Shown here: one piece after another, positions 26,804 through 36,610 of the stretch
Position numbering within the stretch: position 1 is the first letter of the stretch
Layout: every line of letters begins with the position of its first letter
Virus record (IMG/VR): IMGVR_UViG_3300025880_000013
DNA length: 64,000 bases
Strand: one strand, 5' to 3'
Source: an uncultured virus (IMG/VR IMGVR_UViG_3300025880_000013)
Lineage: Duplodnaviria > Heunggongvirae > Uroviricota > Caudoviricetes
Made by a program: the position numbers and the translations under genes
Notes under the pieces: generated by a model
The model's database searches: none
Told to the model about the DNA's origin: nothing
Seen by the model: only the letters and a program-made list of their open reading frames with translations

Positions 26804-27840
26804 TGAAAGTAGCAATCACATCAGTATTTTCAAATCTAACCTATAATAGTAAAAACCACAGAGGTTTAGAAGCTACATATTTCAAACAACTCTTAGAAGA
26901 GAATGGATATGAGGTAGATTTGATCGGTAAGAAAAATAGAAATACAGCAGATTTTGATTTTTACGTAAATTACACAGATGCTGATTGGGAATCTTATGAC
27001 GCAGTCTTTATTCAATTAAGTACTGCTAATTTCTTCGGAGGTCAAGTTGGAGAACATACAGAACCAATAGCTCGAGCACTTGCAAGTTATGGTGGTAAAA
27101 TATACACACTCGTAAATGATCCTCGGATTGATTTCTTAGATCCAGTTAAGGTATTGAAAAGATTCAATCTAATCCAAGATCTTGAATCTGAGTGGGCCGA
27201 GATCATTGAGAATGCAACATATCTATTCCCTGGTAAAGACATCAGTAAATTCTTAGGTAGAACGCCAAAGAACTGGGAAAAATTAGATTGGTTCACATAC
27301 ATGTTTAAGCATCGAATGGCAAACAAATTAGATAATGTACAAACAAATGCACTATTTGATTTTGATGCTCCTAAAAAAGAATGGGATGCTATTTATTATG
27401 GAGATAATCGAGCAGCATTTAGAGAACAACAAGTTCGAAAGTATATGCCACATAGCGAAAAGAGTTTGCTAATTGGATATAAGACTAAAAAAGTAAATAC
27501 TACATTTGCTAAAAAAATGGAGCACTCTGTTTTATTAGATACGATTTCAAAAAGTAAAGCAAGTTTAATCCTAGGGGATGATGAGCATTTAGATAATGTA
27601 ACGACATTTCGTTTTTATGAAACTATGGCAAGCGACTGTTTAGCAGCTATCCAAATCGAATATGATCCTAACATGGAATTAATTCAAGATCCAGTTTTGC
27701 GTGAAAAACTATATGTAAAATCAAGTGCAGATGTTGAGAAGTTAGTAGCTTCGTATTCTGACGATTTAATTGCAAGACAAAAGAAAGAATTAAGAAACTT
27801 ATTCAATAGATTAGATATAACCTTTAAAATAAACAAGTAA
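26803..27840 (+). CDS. bgt: DNA beta-glucosyltransferase-like (T4 BGT family, GT-B fold)
   Basis: Collinear motifs with T4 BGT as recalled: NFFGG, KIY..xD.R, D.IY.G..R...RE, LI(I/L)GD....N..T.R..ETMASD; similar length (345 aa). Confidence 0.8.
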   Translation: MKVAITSVFSNLTYNSKNHRGLEATYFKQLLEENGYEVDLIGKKNRNTADFDFYVNYTDADWESYDAVFIQLSTANFFGGQVGEHTEPIARALASYGGKIYTLVNDPRIDFLDPVKVLKRFNLIQDLESEWAEIIENATYLFPGKDISKFLGRTPKNWEKLDWFTYMFKHRMANKLDNVQTNALFDFDAPKKEWDAIYYGDNRAAFREQQVRKYMPHSEKSLLIGYKTKKVNTTFAKKMEHSVLLDTISKSKASLILGDDEHLDNVTTFRFYETMASDCLAAIQIEYDPNMELIQDPVLREKLYVKSSADVEKLVASYSDDLIARQKKELRNLFNRLDITFKINK

Positions 27841-28307
27841 TGGCAAATATAGATAATGAATGCAAAGACCTAGAAGTAAAAGACTTTTATGGTGATTCAA
27901 CAACACACCTAGCAGACATCATGGAAAACCAAAAGAAGATGCAAGAGCAGACTTATGGTTTTAACTTTGAAGATATGACAATTAGACAAATCATGGAATT
28001 TTGGCACGTTAACACACATGCGGTAGTTGATGAAATTCATGAAATGACTGATGCTTTAGGTGGTATTAAAGATGGTTCTGGAAACGCAGTATGGAAATAC
28101 TGGAAAAAAGACTTTACAAAATACGATACATTAAAGATTTCTGATATGTCTGAAGGAGACAAAAAAGAATTGTATATGGAATGGGTAGATATTCTACACT
28201 TCTTTATTAATTATGCAGCATCGATTGGATTAGACGCAAAGACAGCATACAACTACTATTTCGCAAAAGCAGAAGAAAACGTTAACCGTCAGAAAAACAA
28301 CTATTAA
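27840..28307 (+). CDS. gp56: dCTPase/dUTPase (T4 gp56-like, all-alpha NTP pyrophosphatase)
   Basis: NEC at the N-terminus, DE.HE...LG, AVWKYWK, I.DMS..D..E...EWVDILHF, C-terminal N..RQ.N.Y. Confidence 0.8.
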   Translation: MANIDNECKDLEVKDFYGDSTTHLADIMENQKKMQEQTYGFNFEDMTIRQIMEFWHVNTHAVVDEIHEMTDALGGIKDGSGNAVWKYWKKDFTKYDTLKISDMSEGDKKELYMEWVDILHFFINYAASIGLDAKTAYNYYFAKAEENVNRQKNNY

Positions 28308-29704
28308 TGATATTAGATATTGAGCAAAGAGATAAAGACGTCATAGTTTCGTATTATGATAAAGAAGGTAAAGTTGCATATAAGCAATATCCCATCGCAC
28401 AATATCAAAATTGGTATATCTGTGGAGAGAAAGAAAAAGGAGTAAGTACTGAATTTAAAAACTGGGATGGCCGTCCTGTAAAACTAGGATACGCCCGTCA
28501 ATTTAATAAATTCTCTCTAAACTATTTTATTGATGGATTACCTGAAAAAGATCGTGAAGAAATTTTAGCATATAATTTGCCTAAAACCTATTTTGTCGAT
28601 ATTGAAACAGAAATCGTTGATGGATTTCCTAAAGCTGAAGAGGCTAAAACAAGAATCCTATCTTTCTCAATTATTACACCAGAACGTAAGGCAATTGTCT
28701 TAGGATTAGAGGACATGGCTCCAGATAAAATCCAAAAGATTGAAGACGATACTAACGAGTATTTCAAAGATTTTGATCAAGACTGGGAATTTAAATATCA
28801 TAAGTTTAAGAGTGAATATGATATGGTATATACATTCTTAATGAAATTCTTACCTAAGTTTCCAATGATGACCGGCTGGAACTTTATTAACTATGACTGG
28901 CAATATATCGTTAATAGATGTAAAAGGTTACAAATAGATATTAGTGAAGTTGGTATGACTGGTAAGTTAGATCGCAATGATTCAAGACCACTTCACATTG
29001 GAATTTTAGATTACATGCAATTGTATGATAAATATGACCGTAGTGTGAAGGTTAAAGAATCTAACTCACTTGATTATGTATCAGGTCAGGTATTAAATGT
29101 TAAGAAGATTAAGTATACAGGAGGTTTACAAGATCTTTATAGAGATAATTTTGTAAAGTATATTTATTATAACGTAGTCGATTCAGTTCTTGTATATTAT
29201 ATAGATCAAAAGCTAAAGTCAATGGAAGTTCTACTAACACTGGCAAACATTACAAAAATGCCTCTATATAAAGCAGCAAGCCCAGTGGCAGTTACAGAAT
29301 CTTTGATGGCTAGAAAATTAGCCGAGCAAGGAATGAGAATTGGAACTGAAAAGAAAGAAGATTATGAAAAAAGTACTCAATATGCCGGAGCTTATGTAAA
29401 AGAACCAATCGTTGGATATTACGCCGGAGTAACTGCGTATGATTTTGCTTCACTGTATCCATCAATAATGAGACAGTTTAATATTTCTCCAGATGCATAC
29501 ATTGAACAAGTGCAAAAGAGCCAAATTAAAGAAAGACGAGAAGATACTAATGTTATTGTATGTGATAATGGTGTAGTATATTCGAAGGAAGATTCAGTAC
29601 TTAGAAAGATACTTTCTGATTTATATTCACAAAGGGTTGAATATAAAAATATGTCGTATGATTACTTTACGAAGGCTGATAATCTTAAAAAAAGATTAAC
29701 ATAA
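28307..29704 (+). CDS. gp43: Family B DNA polymerase, N-terminal subunit (3'-5' exonuclease plus palm motif A)
   Basis: DIET, GWNF..YD, SLDYV, YN..D exonuclease motifs; YAGAYV and DFASLYPSI; ends before motif B. Confidence 0.9.
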   Translation: MILDIEQRDKDVIVSYYDKEGKVAYKQYPIAQYQNWYICGEKEKGVSTEFKNWDGRPVKLGYARQFNKFSLNYFIDGLPEKDREEILAYNLPKTYFVDIETEIVDGFPKAEEAKTRILSFSIITPERKAIVLGLEDMAPDKIQKIEDDTNEYFKDFDQDWEFKYHKFKSEYDMVYTFLMKFLPKFPMMTGWNFINYDWQYIVNRCKRLQIDISEVGMTGKLDRNDSRPLHIGILDYMQLYDKYDRSVKVKESNSLDYVSGQVLNVKKIKYTGGLQDLYRDNFVKYIYYNVVDSVLVYYIDQKLKSMEVLLTLANITKMPLYKAASPVAVTESLMARKLAEQGMRIGTEKKEDYEKSTQYAGAYVKEPIVGYYAGVTAYDFASLYPSIMRQFNISPDAYIEQVQKSQIKERREDTNVIVCDNGVVYSKEDSVLRKILSDLYSQRVEYKNMSYDYFTKADNLKKRLT

Positions 29705-29830
29705 TATTTTTAGACGATAACCCCAACATGCCTGATTATTTAAATATATAATCTACCACATTGTATAAGGGCCTTTAGTTTTAAGGCCTTTATTAGTCTA
29801 ACAAGAAATTTATAAAAAGAAATTATTAAA

Positions 29831-30844
29831 ATGAGCAAATCAAATTTATTTACAGAAAGAGTAGAATATAAGCCTTTTGATTATCCAATATACTATACAG
29901 AAGGATGGTTAAAACAAATGCAAGCCTTTTGGTTACATACTGAAATTTCTATGCAAGGTGATGTTAAGGATTGGAATGAAAAACTTAATAAAGAAGAAAA
30001 GAATTTAGTTGGTAATATTCTTTTAGGATTTGCACAAACCGAATGTGCTGTTTCTGATTATTGGACAGGAATGGTTACAAAATGGTTTCCAAAATGGGAG
30101 ATTAAGCAAATGGCAATGGCCTTTGGTTCACAAGAAACTATACACGCAACTGCATATTCTTATTTAAACGAAACATTAGGTCTAGAAGACTTTTCAGCCT
30201 TTTTACACGAACCAGCAACTGCAGAAAAATTTGAACATTTAACTTCAGTTGAGGCAGATTGGACACATGAAGATTTACAAGAAAATGCACACGCTAGAAA
30301 GCAAGTTGCAAGATCTTTAGCTATTTTCTCAGCATTCGCAGAAGGAGTTTCATTATATTCATCATTCGCAGTTTTATACTCATTCCAGATGAGAAACTTA
30401 TTAAAGGGTATTGGTCAACAAATGAAATGGTCAGTAAGAGATGAATCACTTCACTCTAAAATGGGATGTCAATTATTTAAACACATGGCAGAAGAATATC
30501 CTACATTAAAAGATGATGTTAAAGCTGATGTTTTACAAGCGGCTGCCTTAATGGTTGAAATGGAACACAAATTCATTGATAAAATATTTGAAGAGGGAGA
30601 TCTTGAGAATATGGAAGCAAACCACTTAAAGCAATTTATTATTAAAAGAACTAATGAAAAAATAGCAGAATTAGGATATACTGATGGCCCTTTCATGGAA
30701 TATGATAAAGATCAAGCAGCGGAACTAGATTGGTTCTATCACTTAACTGGAGGAACAACACATACAGATTTCTTTGCCGTTAGACCTACTGATTACTCAA
30801 AGGCTGGTGAAGATGAAAACTGGGACGAAGACGAACTTTTTTAA
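29831..30844 (+). CDS. nrdB: Ribonucleotide reductase class I small subunit
   Basis: ETIH..AYS, EGVSLYSSF, VRDESLH, TDFFAVRPTDYSK. Confidence 0.93.
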   Translation: MSKSNLFTERVEYKPFDYPIYYTEGWLKQMQAFWLHTEISMQGDVKDWNEKLNKEEKNLVGNILLGFAQTECAVSDYWTGMVTKWFPKWEIKQMAMAFGSQETIHATAYSYLNETLGLEDFSAFLHEPATAEKFEHLTSVEADWTHEDLQENAHARKQVARSLAIFSAFAEGVSLYSSFAVLYSFQMRNLLKGIGQQMKWSVRDESLHSKMGCQLFKHMAEEYPTLKDDVKADVLQAAALMVEMEHKFIDKIFEEGDLENMEANHLKQFIIKRTNEKIAELGYTDGPFMEYDKDQAAELDWFYHLTGGTTHTDFFAVRPTDYSKAGEDENWDEDELF

Positions 30845-30857
30845 AACTATATAGAAT

Positions 30858-32687
30858 ATGAATAAAGAAACAAAAAACCACGGAGAATCTCTTGGATGGG
30901 AGCTTGGTGTAGATTTTCCACTTTGGGGAAATACAGAGATCTATGTTAAAACAATTAGCAATGGATATTTAATTGACACTGAAACTCCAAAGGATGCATA
31001 TTGGAGAGTTGCGACATCAGTTGCAAAAAGATTACAAAAACCAGAATTAGCAAGTAAGTTTTTCGACTATATTTGGAAAGGTTGGTTAAACTTAGCCAGC
31101 CCGGTATTATCAAATACAGGATTAGAAAGAGGTTTACCAATCTCATGTTTTGGTATTGATGTAGCAGATTCTATCCACGATATTGGTGCTAAAAACCTAG
31201 AGATGATGTTGTTGGCAAAGCACGGTGGAGGAGTTGGAGTTGGTATTAATCAAATTCGACCGGCGGGTGCAACTATTCGTGGAAACGGAACCAGTGATGG
31301 TGTTGTACCTTTCTGTAAGATTTATGATTCAACAATTCTTGCAACTAACCAAGGTTCTGTAAGACGTGGAGCTGCTTCAGTTAATATTGATATTGAACAC
31401 AAAGACTTTTGGGAATGGTTAGAAATCAGAGAGCCAAAGGGAGATGTAAATCGCCAATCATTAAACTTACACCAATGTGTTATTATATCTGATGGGTTTA
31501 TGCAAAAAGTAAAACAAGGAGACAAAGAAGCACGTAAAAGATGGACCGCAGTTATTAGAAAAAGACGTTCAAGCGGAGAGCCATATATTATGTATAAGGG
31601 TAATGTGAATCGTATGAATCCAGAAGCATACAAGCAAAATGGATTAAAGGTTTATATGACAAACATTTGTTCTGAAATTACACTACACACAGACGAATCA
31701 CACTCATTTGTATGTTGTTTATCTTCAGTTAATCTTTCAAGATATGACGAATGGAAAGATACTGATTTGGTTTATACTGCAACTTGGTTCCTTGATGGAG
31801 TTCTTGAAGAATTTATCCAAAAGGCAAAATTTATGCGTGGATTTGAAAACTCAGTTCGTTCTGCTGAAAAAGGTAGAGCGCTAGGACTTGGAGTTTTAGG
31901 ATGGCATACATATTTACAAGACAGAAACATTCCATTTGAAGGTTTAACAGCAAGTTATGAAACTCGTAAGATATTTTCACAAATTAAAATTGAAAGTGAA
32001 AGAGCATCTAGAGATATGGCAACTGAATTAGGAGAGCCATTATGGTGTGTTGGTACAGGAATGAGAAATTCGCACTTACGTGCAATTGCACCGACAGTTT
32101 CTAATTCTAAACTAGCAGGTAATGTTTCTCCAGGTATCGAACCTTGGGCAGCAAATGTATTTACAGAGCAAACTGCTAAAGGAACATTTATTAGAAAGAA
32201 TCAAACTTTAGAAAGAATGTTAGATTCTATTGGTAAAAATACTAAAGAAACATGGGATGCAATTCTTAGAGATGGTGGAAGTATATTAGGTCTAGGATGG
32301 ACTGACGATTATGTTGTTAATATAGGAACAAAACTAAACTTAAAAGAAGGAACTGGTATACCAATTACTCACAGTGAATTAGCAGAATTACCAAAAGTAG
32401 AGCAAGAAGATTATGTTCCTTTAAATGATGTATTTAAAACCTTTAAAGAAATTAATCAATTAGAGTTAGTTAAACAGGCTGGAGTAAGACAACAATACGT
32501 TGATCAAGCAGTTTCGTTAAATTTAGCTTTCCCTAAAGAAGCAGAACCTAAGTTTATTAATCAAGTACACTTAGAAGCATATGATCAAGGAATTAAAACC
32601 TTATACTATATGAGAACTGAATCAGTTTTACGTGGAGATATTGCAAGCAATGCAACAGATCCAGATTGTTTAAGCTGTGATGGATAA
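30858..32687 (+). CDS. nrdA: Ribonucleotide reductase class I large subunit (no ATP cone)
   Basis: LPISCF, GGGVG, TNICSEI, LGLGVLG, AIAPT, KTLYYMR and C-terminal CLSC. Confidence 0.93.
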   Translation: MNKETKNHGESLGWELGVDFPLWGNTEIYVKTISNGYLIDTETPKDAYWRVATSVAKRLQKPELASKFFDYIWKGWLNLASPVLSNTGLERGLPISCFGIDVADSIHDIGAKNLEMMLLAKHGGGVGVGINQIRPAGATIRGNGTSDGVVPFCKIYDSTILATNQGSVRRGAASVNIDIEHKDFWEWLEIREPKGDVNRQSLNLHQCVIISDGFMQKVKQGDKEARKRWTAVIRKRRSSGEPYIMYKGNVNRMNPEAYKQNGLKVYMTNICSEITLHTDESHSFVCCLSSVNLSRYDEWKDTDLVYTATWFLDGVLEEFIQKAKFMRGFENSVRSAEKGRALGLGVLGWHTYLQDRNIPFEGLTASYETRKIFSQIKIESERASRDMATELGEPLWCVGTGMRNSHLRAIAPTVSNSKLAGNVSPGIEPWAANVFTEQTAKGTFIRKNQTLERMLDSIGKNTKETWDAILRDGGSILGLGWTDDYVVNIGTKLNLKEGTGIPITHSELAELPKVEQEDYVPLNDVFKTFKEINQLELVKQAGVRQQYVDQAVSLNLAFPKEAEPKFINQVHLEAYDQGIKTLYYMRTESVLRGDIASNATDPDCLSCDG

Positions 32688-32693
32688 AAAATA

Positions 32694-32780
32694 AAGGTGT
32701 GGTTTGAAGACCACCCTTAGGACCGGGATAGTTCTCGGAATAGATGCCAGGAGTTCGCTACTTCCTGGCATCGTCTTTTT
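32694..32780 (+). terminator. Triple-hairpin structured element ending in an intrinsic terminator
   Basis: Hairpins at 32694-32718, 32723-32738 and 32743-32772 (GATGCCAGGA/TCCTGGCATC), followed by a T tract. Confidence 0.6.
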
Positions 32781-32799
32781 AAAAGAATTTTTTGTTTGT

Positions 32800-32826
32800 G
32801 AAACTTTTTGTTTATTTTGTTTATAA
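32800..32826 (+). promoter_or_regulatory. GAAAC-N17-TATAA promoter
   Basis: Exact spacing; precedes the clamp/polymerase-B/uvsX operon. Confidence 0.65.
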
Positions 32827-32863
32827 TACCTATAAATAACATTGTATTAAATCTAAAACAAAT

Positions 32864-33619
32864 ATGAAAATTACAATTAACAAAGTAGATCAAACTAATT
32901 TTATTAACTTCATTAACAGATTGAAGGTAATCGATTCTTTCGTTTATTTTAAAATTAAAGGTGGAACTATTCAAGCTTCGGCTTATTTACCACAACGCGA
33001 TGCTGTAAAACATCACAGACTTCCAATCGGACAGATTTTCCAAATTGAAGAAGGATCAATCACAACAACAAAAGAGCTAAAAGTAGCTTTCTTTGATGCA
33101 CAAAAATTAACAGATGCATTCAAGCAGTTTGATTATGATTCAATTTGTGGTGAAATTGAGTTCGTGGAAAACGATGAAGATTTTGTAGCAACTAGTTTCC
33201 GCATCTTTAATGACGAACTAGAAATTAAATTAGCTTGTTCAGAACCGTCTTTAGGATATAAAGATCTTACAGATACTCAAATTTCTAGTATTTTTAACGT
33301 AGATGACGCTAGCTTTAAATTTGATATGGATTACGGAACTTTAACTAAAGTTAAAAATCTTTTTGGATTAGATAAAGAAGAAACTTTCTCAATCGAAGCA
33401 AATGGTAAAGGAGTAAAATTAACAGGTAACACATACAATATGTTAGTAACTCCAGATTATGAAGGAACTTCAGGTAAAAAAGTAACCTTATTTAAAAAAT
33501 ACTTAAACCTTTTAGACAAAGAAGATTATACAGCTAATGTTCTAGAAAATAGAGTTGTTATGAAGTCGAATGACTCTGAAACTTTATTAACTATTGCAAC
33601 ATGTAATACTGGAGCGTAA
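32864..33619 (+). CDS. gp45: Putative sliding clamp (gp45/PCNA-like)
   Basis: 251 aa, acidic, alternating beta/alpha two-domain pattern, directly upstream of the polymerase subunit. Confidence 0.55.
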   Translation: MKITINKVDQTNFINFINRLKVIDSFVYFKIKGGTIQASAYLPQRDAVKHHRLPIGQIFQIEEGSITTTKELKVAFFDAQKLTDAFKQFDYDSICGEIEFVENDEDFVATSFRIFNDELEIKLACSEPSLGYKDLTDTQISSIFNVDDASFKFDMDYGTLTKVKNLFGLDKEETFSIEANGKGVKLTGNTYNMLVTPDYEGTSGKKVTLFKKYLNLLDKEDYTANVLENRVVMKSNDSETLLTIATCNTGA

Positions 33620-34819
33620 ATGATCGAAATTGAACAACTAATAGAAAAGCCAGAAACAGAGCTTACACCTGAGGAAACTCAAGCTTTAATATCGCACTAT
33701 GAACAAATGTCAGCTAAATATACGGCATATGAACAAGCGGTTAAAGTAACTCTAAACTCTATTTATGGTGCATTTGGAAATAAGTGGTTTCACTTTTTTG
33801 ATATAGAAATTGCAGAATCAATTACCCTACAAGGTCAATCTGCAATTCTATATTCTGAAAAGATATTAAACAAATACTTCCAAGAATTCTGGACTAAAGA
33901 CACTGCAGCGCATAAACATTTAAATATTAATGTTAAAGGCAGATTAGTTAGACCATCAGTTGTTTATATCGATACAGATTCTTGTTATGTTCAATTTGAA
34001 GAAATGTATGAATCTATTGAATGGCTTGGTGAAGAACTTTCAATTGATAAGTTTATTATGGAGCTATATAATTTTAGAATCAAGGACTACATTACAAAGT
34101 GCATGGCAAAATATGCTGAAATTACAAATACAGATAATTTCCTGTATTTCGATATGGAAACGATAGCATATTCTGGGATTTGGTTAGCCAAGAAAAAGTA
34201 CTTACAAAATATAGCGTGGGAGGATAAACTAGAAGAAGATGATAGATATCCTTCTCTTAAGAAGATTAAAACAATCGGATTTGATACAATACAAAGTTCA
34301 ACTCCTGCGCTAGCACGTAAGCACTTAACAGAGGCTCTTCAATTAGTTCTATCTGAAAAACCAACTGCAGCTCTTTTAAAGAAGTTAGTTGATTACTTAA
34401 AGAAATGTAAGAAGGAATTTAAGTTGGCAGATATCGATCAAATCGCTTTCAATAAAAGAACAAACAATATTGAAAAATATATTGTAGATGATACTATTGA
34501 ATTTCAGATTGGATCTAAATGTCCACCTAACGTAAAGGCAGCTGGATTTTATAATTTCTTAATGAATACCAATCCAAAATATAAGAACAAATACAAAATG
34601 ATCGGTAACGGAGAAAAGCTAAAACTATATCACTGTAAAAACCAAACATGTGATATGTTCGCATACTTACCAGGAGATCATCCCTATGAAATTGCGCCTG
34701 AGGTTGATTATGAAATACAATTTGAAAAAAGTGTAATTGATCCACTCAACAGAGTTTTGAAAGCGTGTTCTTTACAATTGTTAAATAGAAATTTAATTTA
34801 CTCAACATCATTATTTTAA
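33620..34819 (+). CDS. gp43: Family B DNA polymerase, C-terminal subunit (fingers/palm/thumb)
   Basis: Motif B KVTLNSIYG, ITLQGQ, motif C YIDTDS, KKKY, SSTP. Confidence 0.9.
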   Translation: MIEIEQLIEKPETELTPEETQALISHYEQMSAKYTAYEQAVKVTLNSIYGAFGNKWFHFFDIEIAESITLQGQSAILYSEKILNKYFQEFWTKDTAAHKHLNINVKGRLVRPSVVYIDTDSCYVQFEEMYESIEWLGEELSIDKFIMELYNFRIKDYITKCMAKYAEITNTDNFLYFDMETIAYSGIWLAKKKYLQNIAWEDKLEEDDRYPSLKKIKTIGFDTIQSSTPALARKHLTEALQLVLSEKPTAALLKKLVDYLKKCKKEFKLADIDQIAFNKRTNNIEKYIVDDTIEFQIGSKCPPNVKAAGFYNFLMNTNPKYKNKYKMIGNGEKLKLYHCKNQTCDMFAYLPGDHPYEIAPEVDYEIQFEKSVIDPLNRVLKACSLQLLNRNLIYSTSLF

Positions 34820-34821
34820 TT

Positions 34822-35013
34822 ATGGAACCAACATTTTATGAAATAGTACGCAATATTACTAAATCCACACCTAATAACATGGATTTAGGAAATTCAATCA
34901 GATCTTTAATTAATAAAATTGAAGATTCAAAACAAGTAGAACCAGAAGTATTCGTTGATACAAATCAAGTAACAATATTTCAAGATTTAGAAAATTATGG
35001 CAATAGATCCTAA
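34822..35013 (+). CDS. Hypothetical protein (63 aa)
   Basis: Tightly packed in the operon. Confidence 0.55.
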   Translation: MEPTFYEIVRNITKSTPNNMDLGNSIRSLINKIEDSKQVEPEVFVDTNQVTIFQDLENYGNRS

Positions 35014-35197
35014 AAAAATCGTAGAAGAACTAACAGTTGAACAACAGCTGCAGGTTAGAGATTATCAAAAGGTACACATGAGATTAAAAGTTTTAAAAGC
35101 TCAAATGGCAGAGATTCAAGATGAAACGGCAGATCTTATAGATACTCTTGAAAAGATGAGAAACAAAGATAAAAATAAAGAAGAAGACAATGGCTAA
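34997..35197 (+). CDS. Hypothetical coiled-coil protein (66 aa)
   Basis: Overlaps both neighbours in the operon; heptad pattern. Confidence 0.55.
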   Translation: MAIDPKKIVEELTVEQQLQVRDYQKVHMRLKVLKAQMAEIQDETADLIDTLEKMRNKDKNKEEDNG

Positions 35198-36299
35198 AAA
35201 AGATTTTACATTTAATGATTTAAACGACGAATTAGCAAATTTAAATCCACTAGGATCCGTAATGGATCAATCAAATTTTAGTGAAGTTACTGAATGGATT
35301 CATACAGGTAACTATCACTTGAATGCATGTGTGTCAGGCTCACTTTTCGGAGGATGGCCAAATAACAGATCTTGTTCAGTCGCAGGCCCTTCAGGTACTG
35401 GTAAAACTTTCCTTACATTAAATTCTGTAAGAGAGGCAATCAACATGGGTTACAGCGTAATCTATTATGATTCTGAAGCAGCTGTAGATAAAGAACAAAT
35501 GATTAAGTTCGGTATTGATATCACAAAGGTGAATTATCAACCGATGAACACTGTTCAAGATTTCAGAACTTCAATTACTACAATTACGCAAAAGATGCAA
35601 GAGATCAAAAGAAGCGGTGGAAAGATTCCTAAGCTAATGATTATTCTTGATTCTGCTGGTAACTTAGCAACTAGAAAAGAAATTGATGATGCCGCAAGTG
35701 GATCTGAAAAGAGTGACATGACACGTTCAAAGATCTTAAAATCTATCTTTAGAATCATTATGACTCCATTGGCAGATTTAAAGATTCCATTCATTTTTAC
35801 AAACCACACATATCAATCTCAATCATTTATTCCAATGCAGATTGCAGGTGGAGGAACTGGTCCAGAATACGCAGCCTCAATCGTGTTGATGTTAAATAAA
35901 GCACAATTAAAAGACGGTGCAGATAAGGTAGGTATTATTGTAACAGCAAAACCTTCAAAGAATCGTTTTGCAAAGCCAACTCCAATTAAATTCCACCTAA
36001 ACTTTAGTGAAGGTATGAATCCATATGTTGGACTAGAACAATATGCTACTTGGGATATTTGTGGAATTACAAAAGGAACAATTGAAAAAGGTAAGAAAGT
36101 TCCTAAAGCAACTGCAAGAGGATGGATCTGTGAACACTTAGATGAAGCGGTACCTAACAAAGATTTCTTTACTGACAAAGTATTTACTAAAGAAGTATTA
36201 GAAAGAATTGAAGCACATATTAAGCCGCTATTTAATTATAATTCAGAATCAAGCTCATTAGACATCGAAGAGATGTTAAACGATACGGTAGAATCATAA
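35190..36299 (+). CDS. uvsX: RecA-like recombinase UvsX
   Basis: GPSGTGKT, YYDSE, LDSAGNL, DMTR, TNHTY, GGG.G..YAAS. Confidence 0.92.
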   Translation: MAKKDFTFNDLNDELANLNPLGSVMDQSNFSEVTEWIHTGNYHLNACVSGSLFGGWPNNRSCSVAGPSGTGKTFLTLNSVREAINMGYSVIYYDSEAAVDKEQMIKFGIDITKVNYQPMNTVQDFRTSITTITQKMQEIKRSGGKIPKLMIILDSAGNLATRKEIDDAASGSEKSDMTRSKILKSIFRIIMTPLADLKIPFIFTNHTYQSQSFIPMQIAGGGTGPEYAASIVLMLNKAQLKDGADKVGIIVTAKPSKNRFAKPTPIKFHLNFSEGMNPYVGLEQYATWDICGITKGTIEKGKKVPKATARGWICEHLDEAVPNKDFFTDKVFTKEVLERIEAHIKPLFNYNSESSSLDIEEMLNDTVES

Positions 36300-36610
36300 T
36301 GAAAGCTGACGTTTATAACATTAACGAGGATAAATTACCAATAAAATATATCTTAGGCATTCAGGATAAGTTAGAAGCATTTCCTGATGCTTTCGATATA
36401 CTATACATATTCATTACCGAAGCTGTAAAGAATCCCTCTCGACAGAAAGAAACATTCACCCGACACGCTTTAATGAAATATCATAGTAAAGGTAATACTG
36501 AGAACGCGGCCGAAGGATTAAAAAGAGGCATTCAATTAGGTTTGTTAGAGCAAATCAAATTCGAAGAAGGAAAAGAAACATACGAAATAAAAATAAACCC
36601 ATACACATGA
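36299..36610 (+). CDS. Hypothetical protein (103 aa)
   Basis: Translationally coupled to uvsX. Confidence 0.55.
   Translation: MKADVYNINEDKLPIKYILGIQDKLEAFPDAFDILYIFITEAVKNPSRQKETFTRHALMKYHSKGNTENAAEGLKRGIQLGLLEQIKFEEGKETYEIKINPYT

Noticed and set aside
29765..29795. Hairpin AAGGGCCTT...AAGGCCTTT upstream of nrdB as a terminator
   Set aside because: The stem is imperfect and the T tract short, so its role cannot be supported from sequence alone.
32694..32780. tRNA gene
   Set aside because: GTTCG is present but there is no acceptor stem enclosing the hairpins and no cloverleaf spacing.
29705..33619. Intron or split intein explaining the divided polymerase
   Set aside because: The gap holds ordinary nrdB, nrdA and clamp genes, and neither half shows intein terminal residues or a homing endonuclease.
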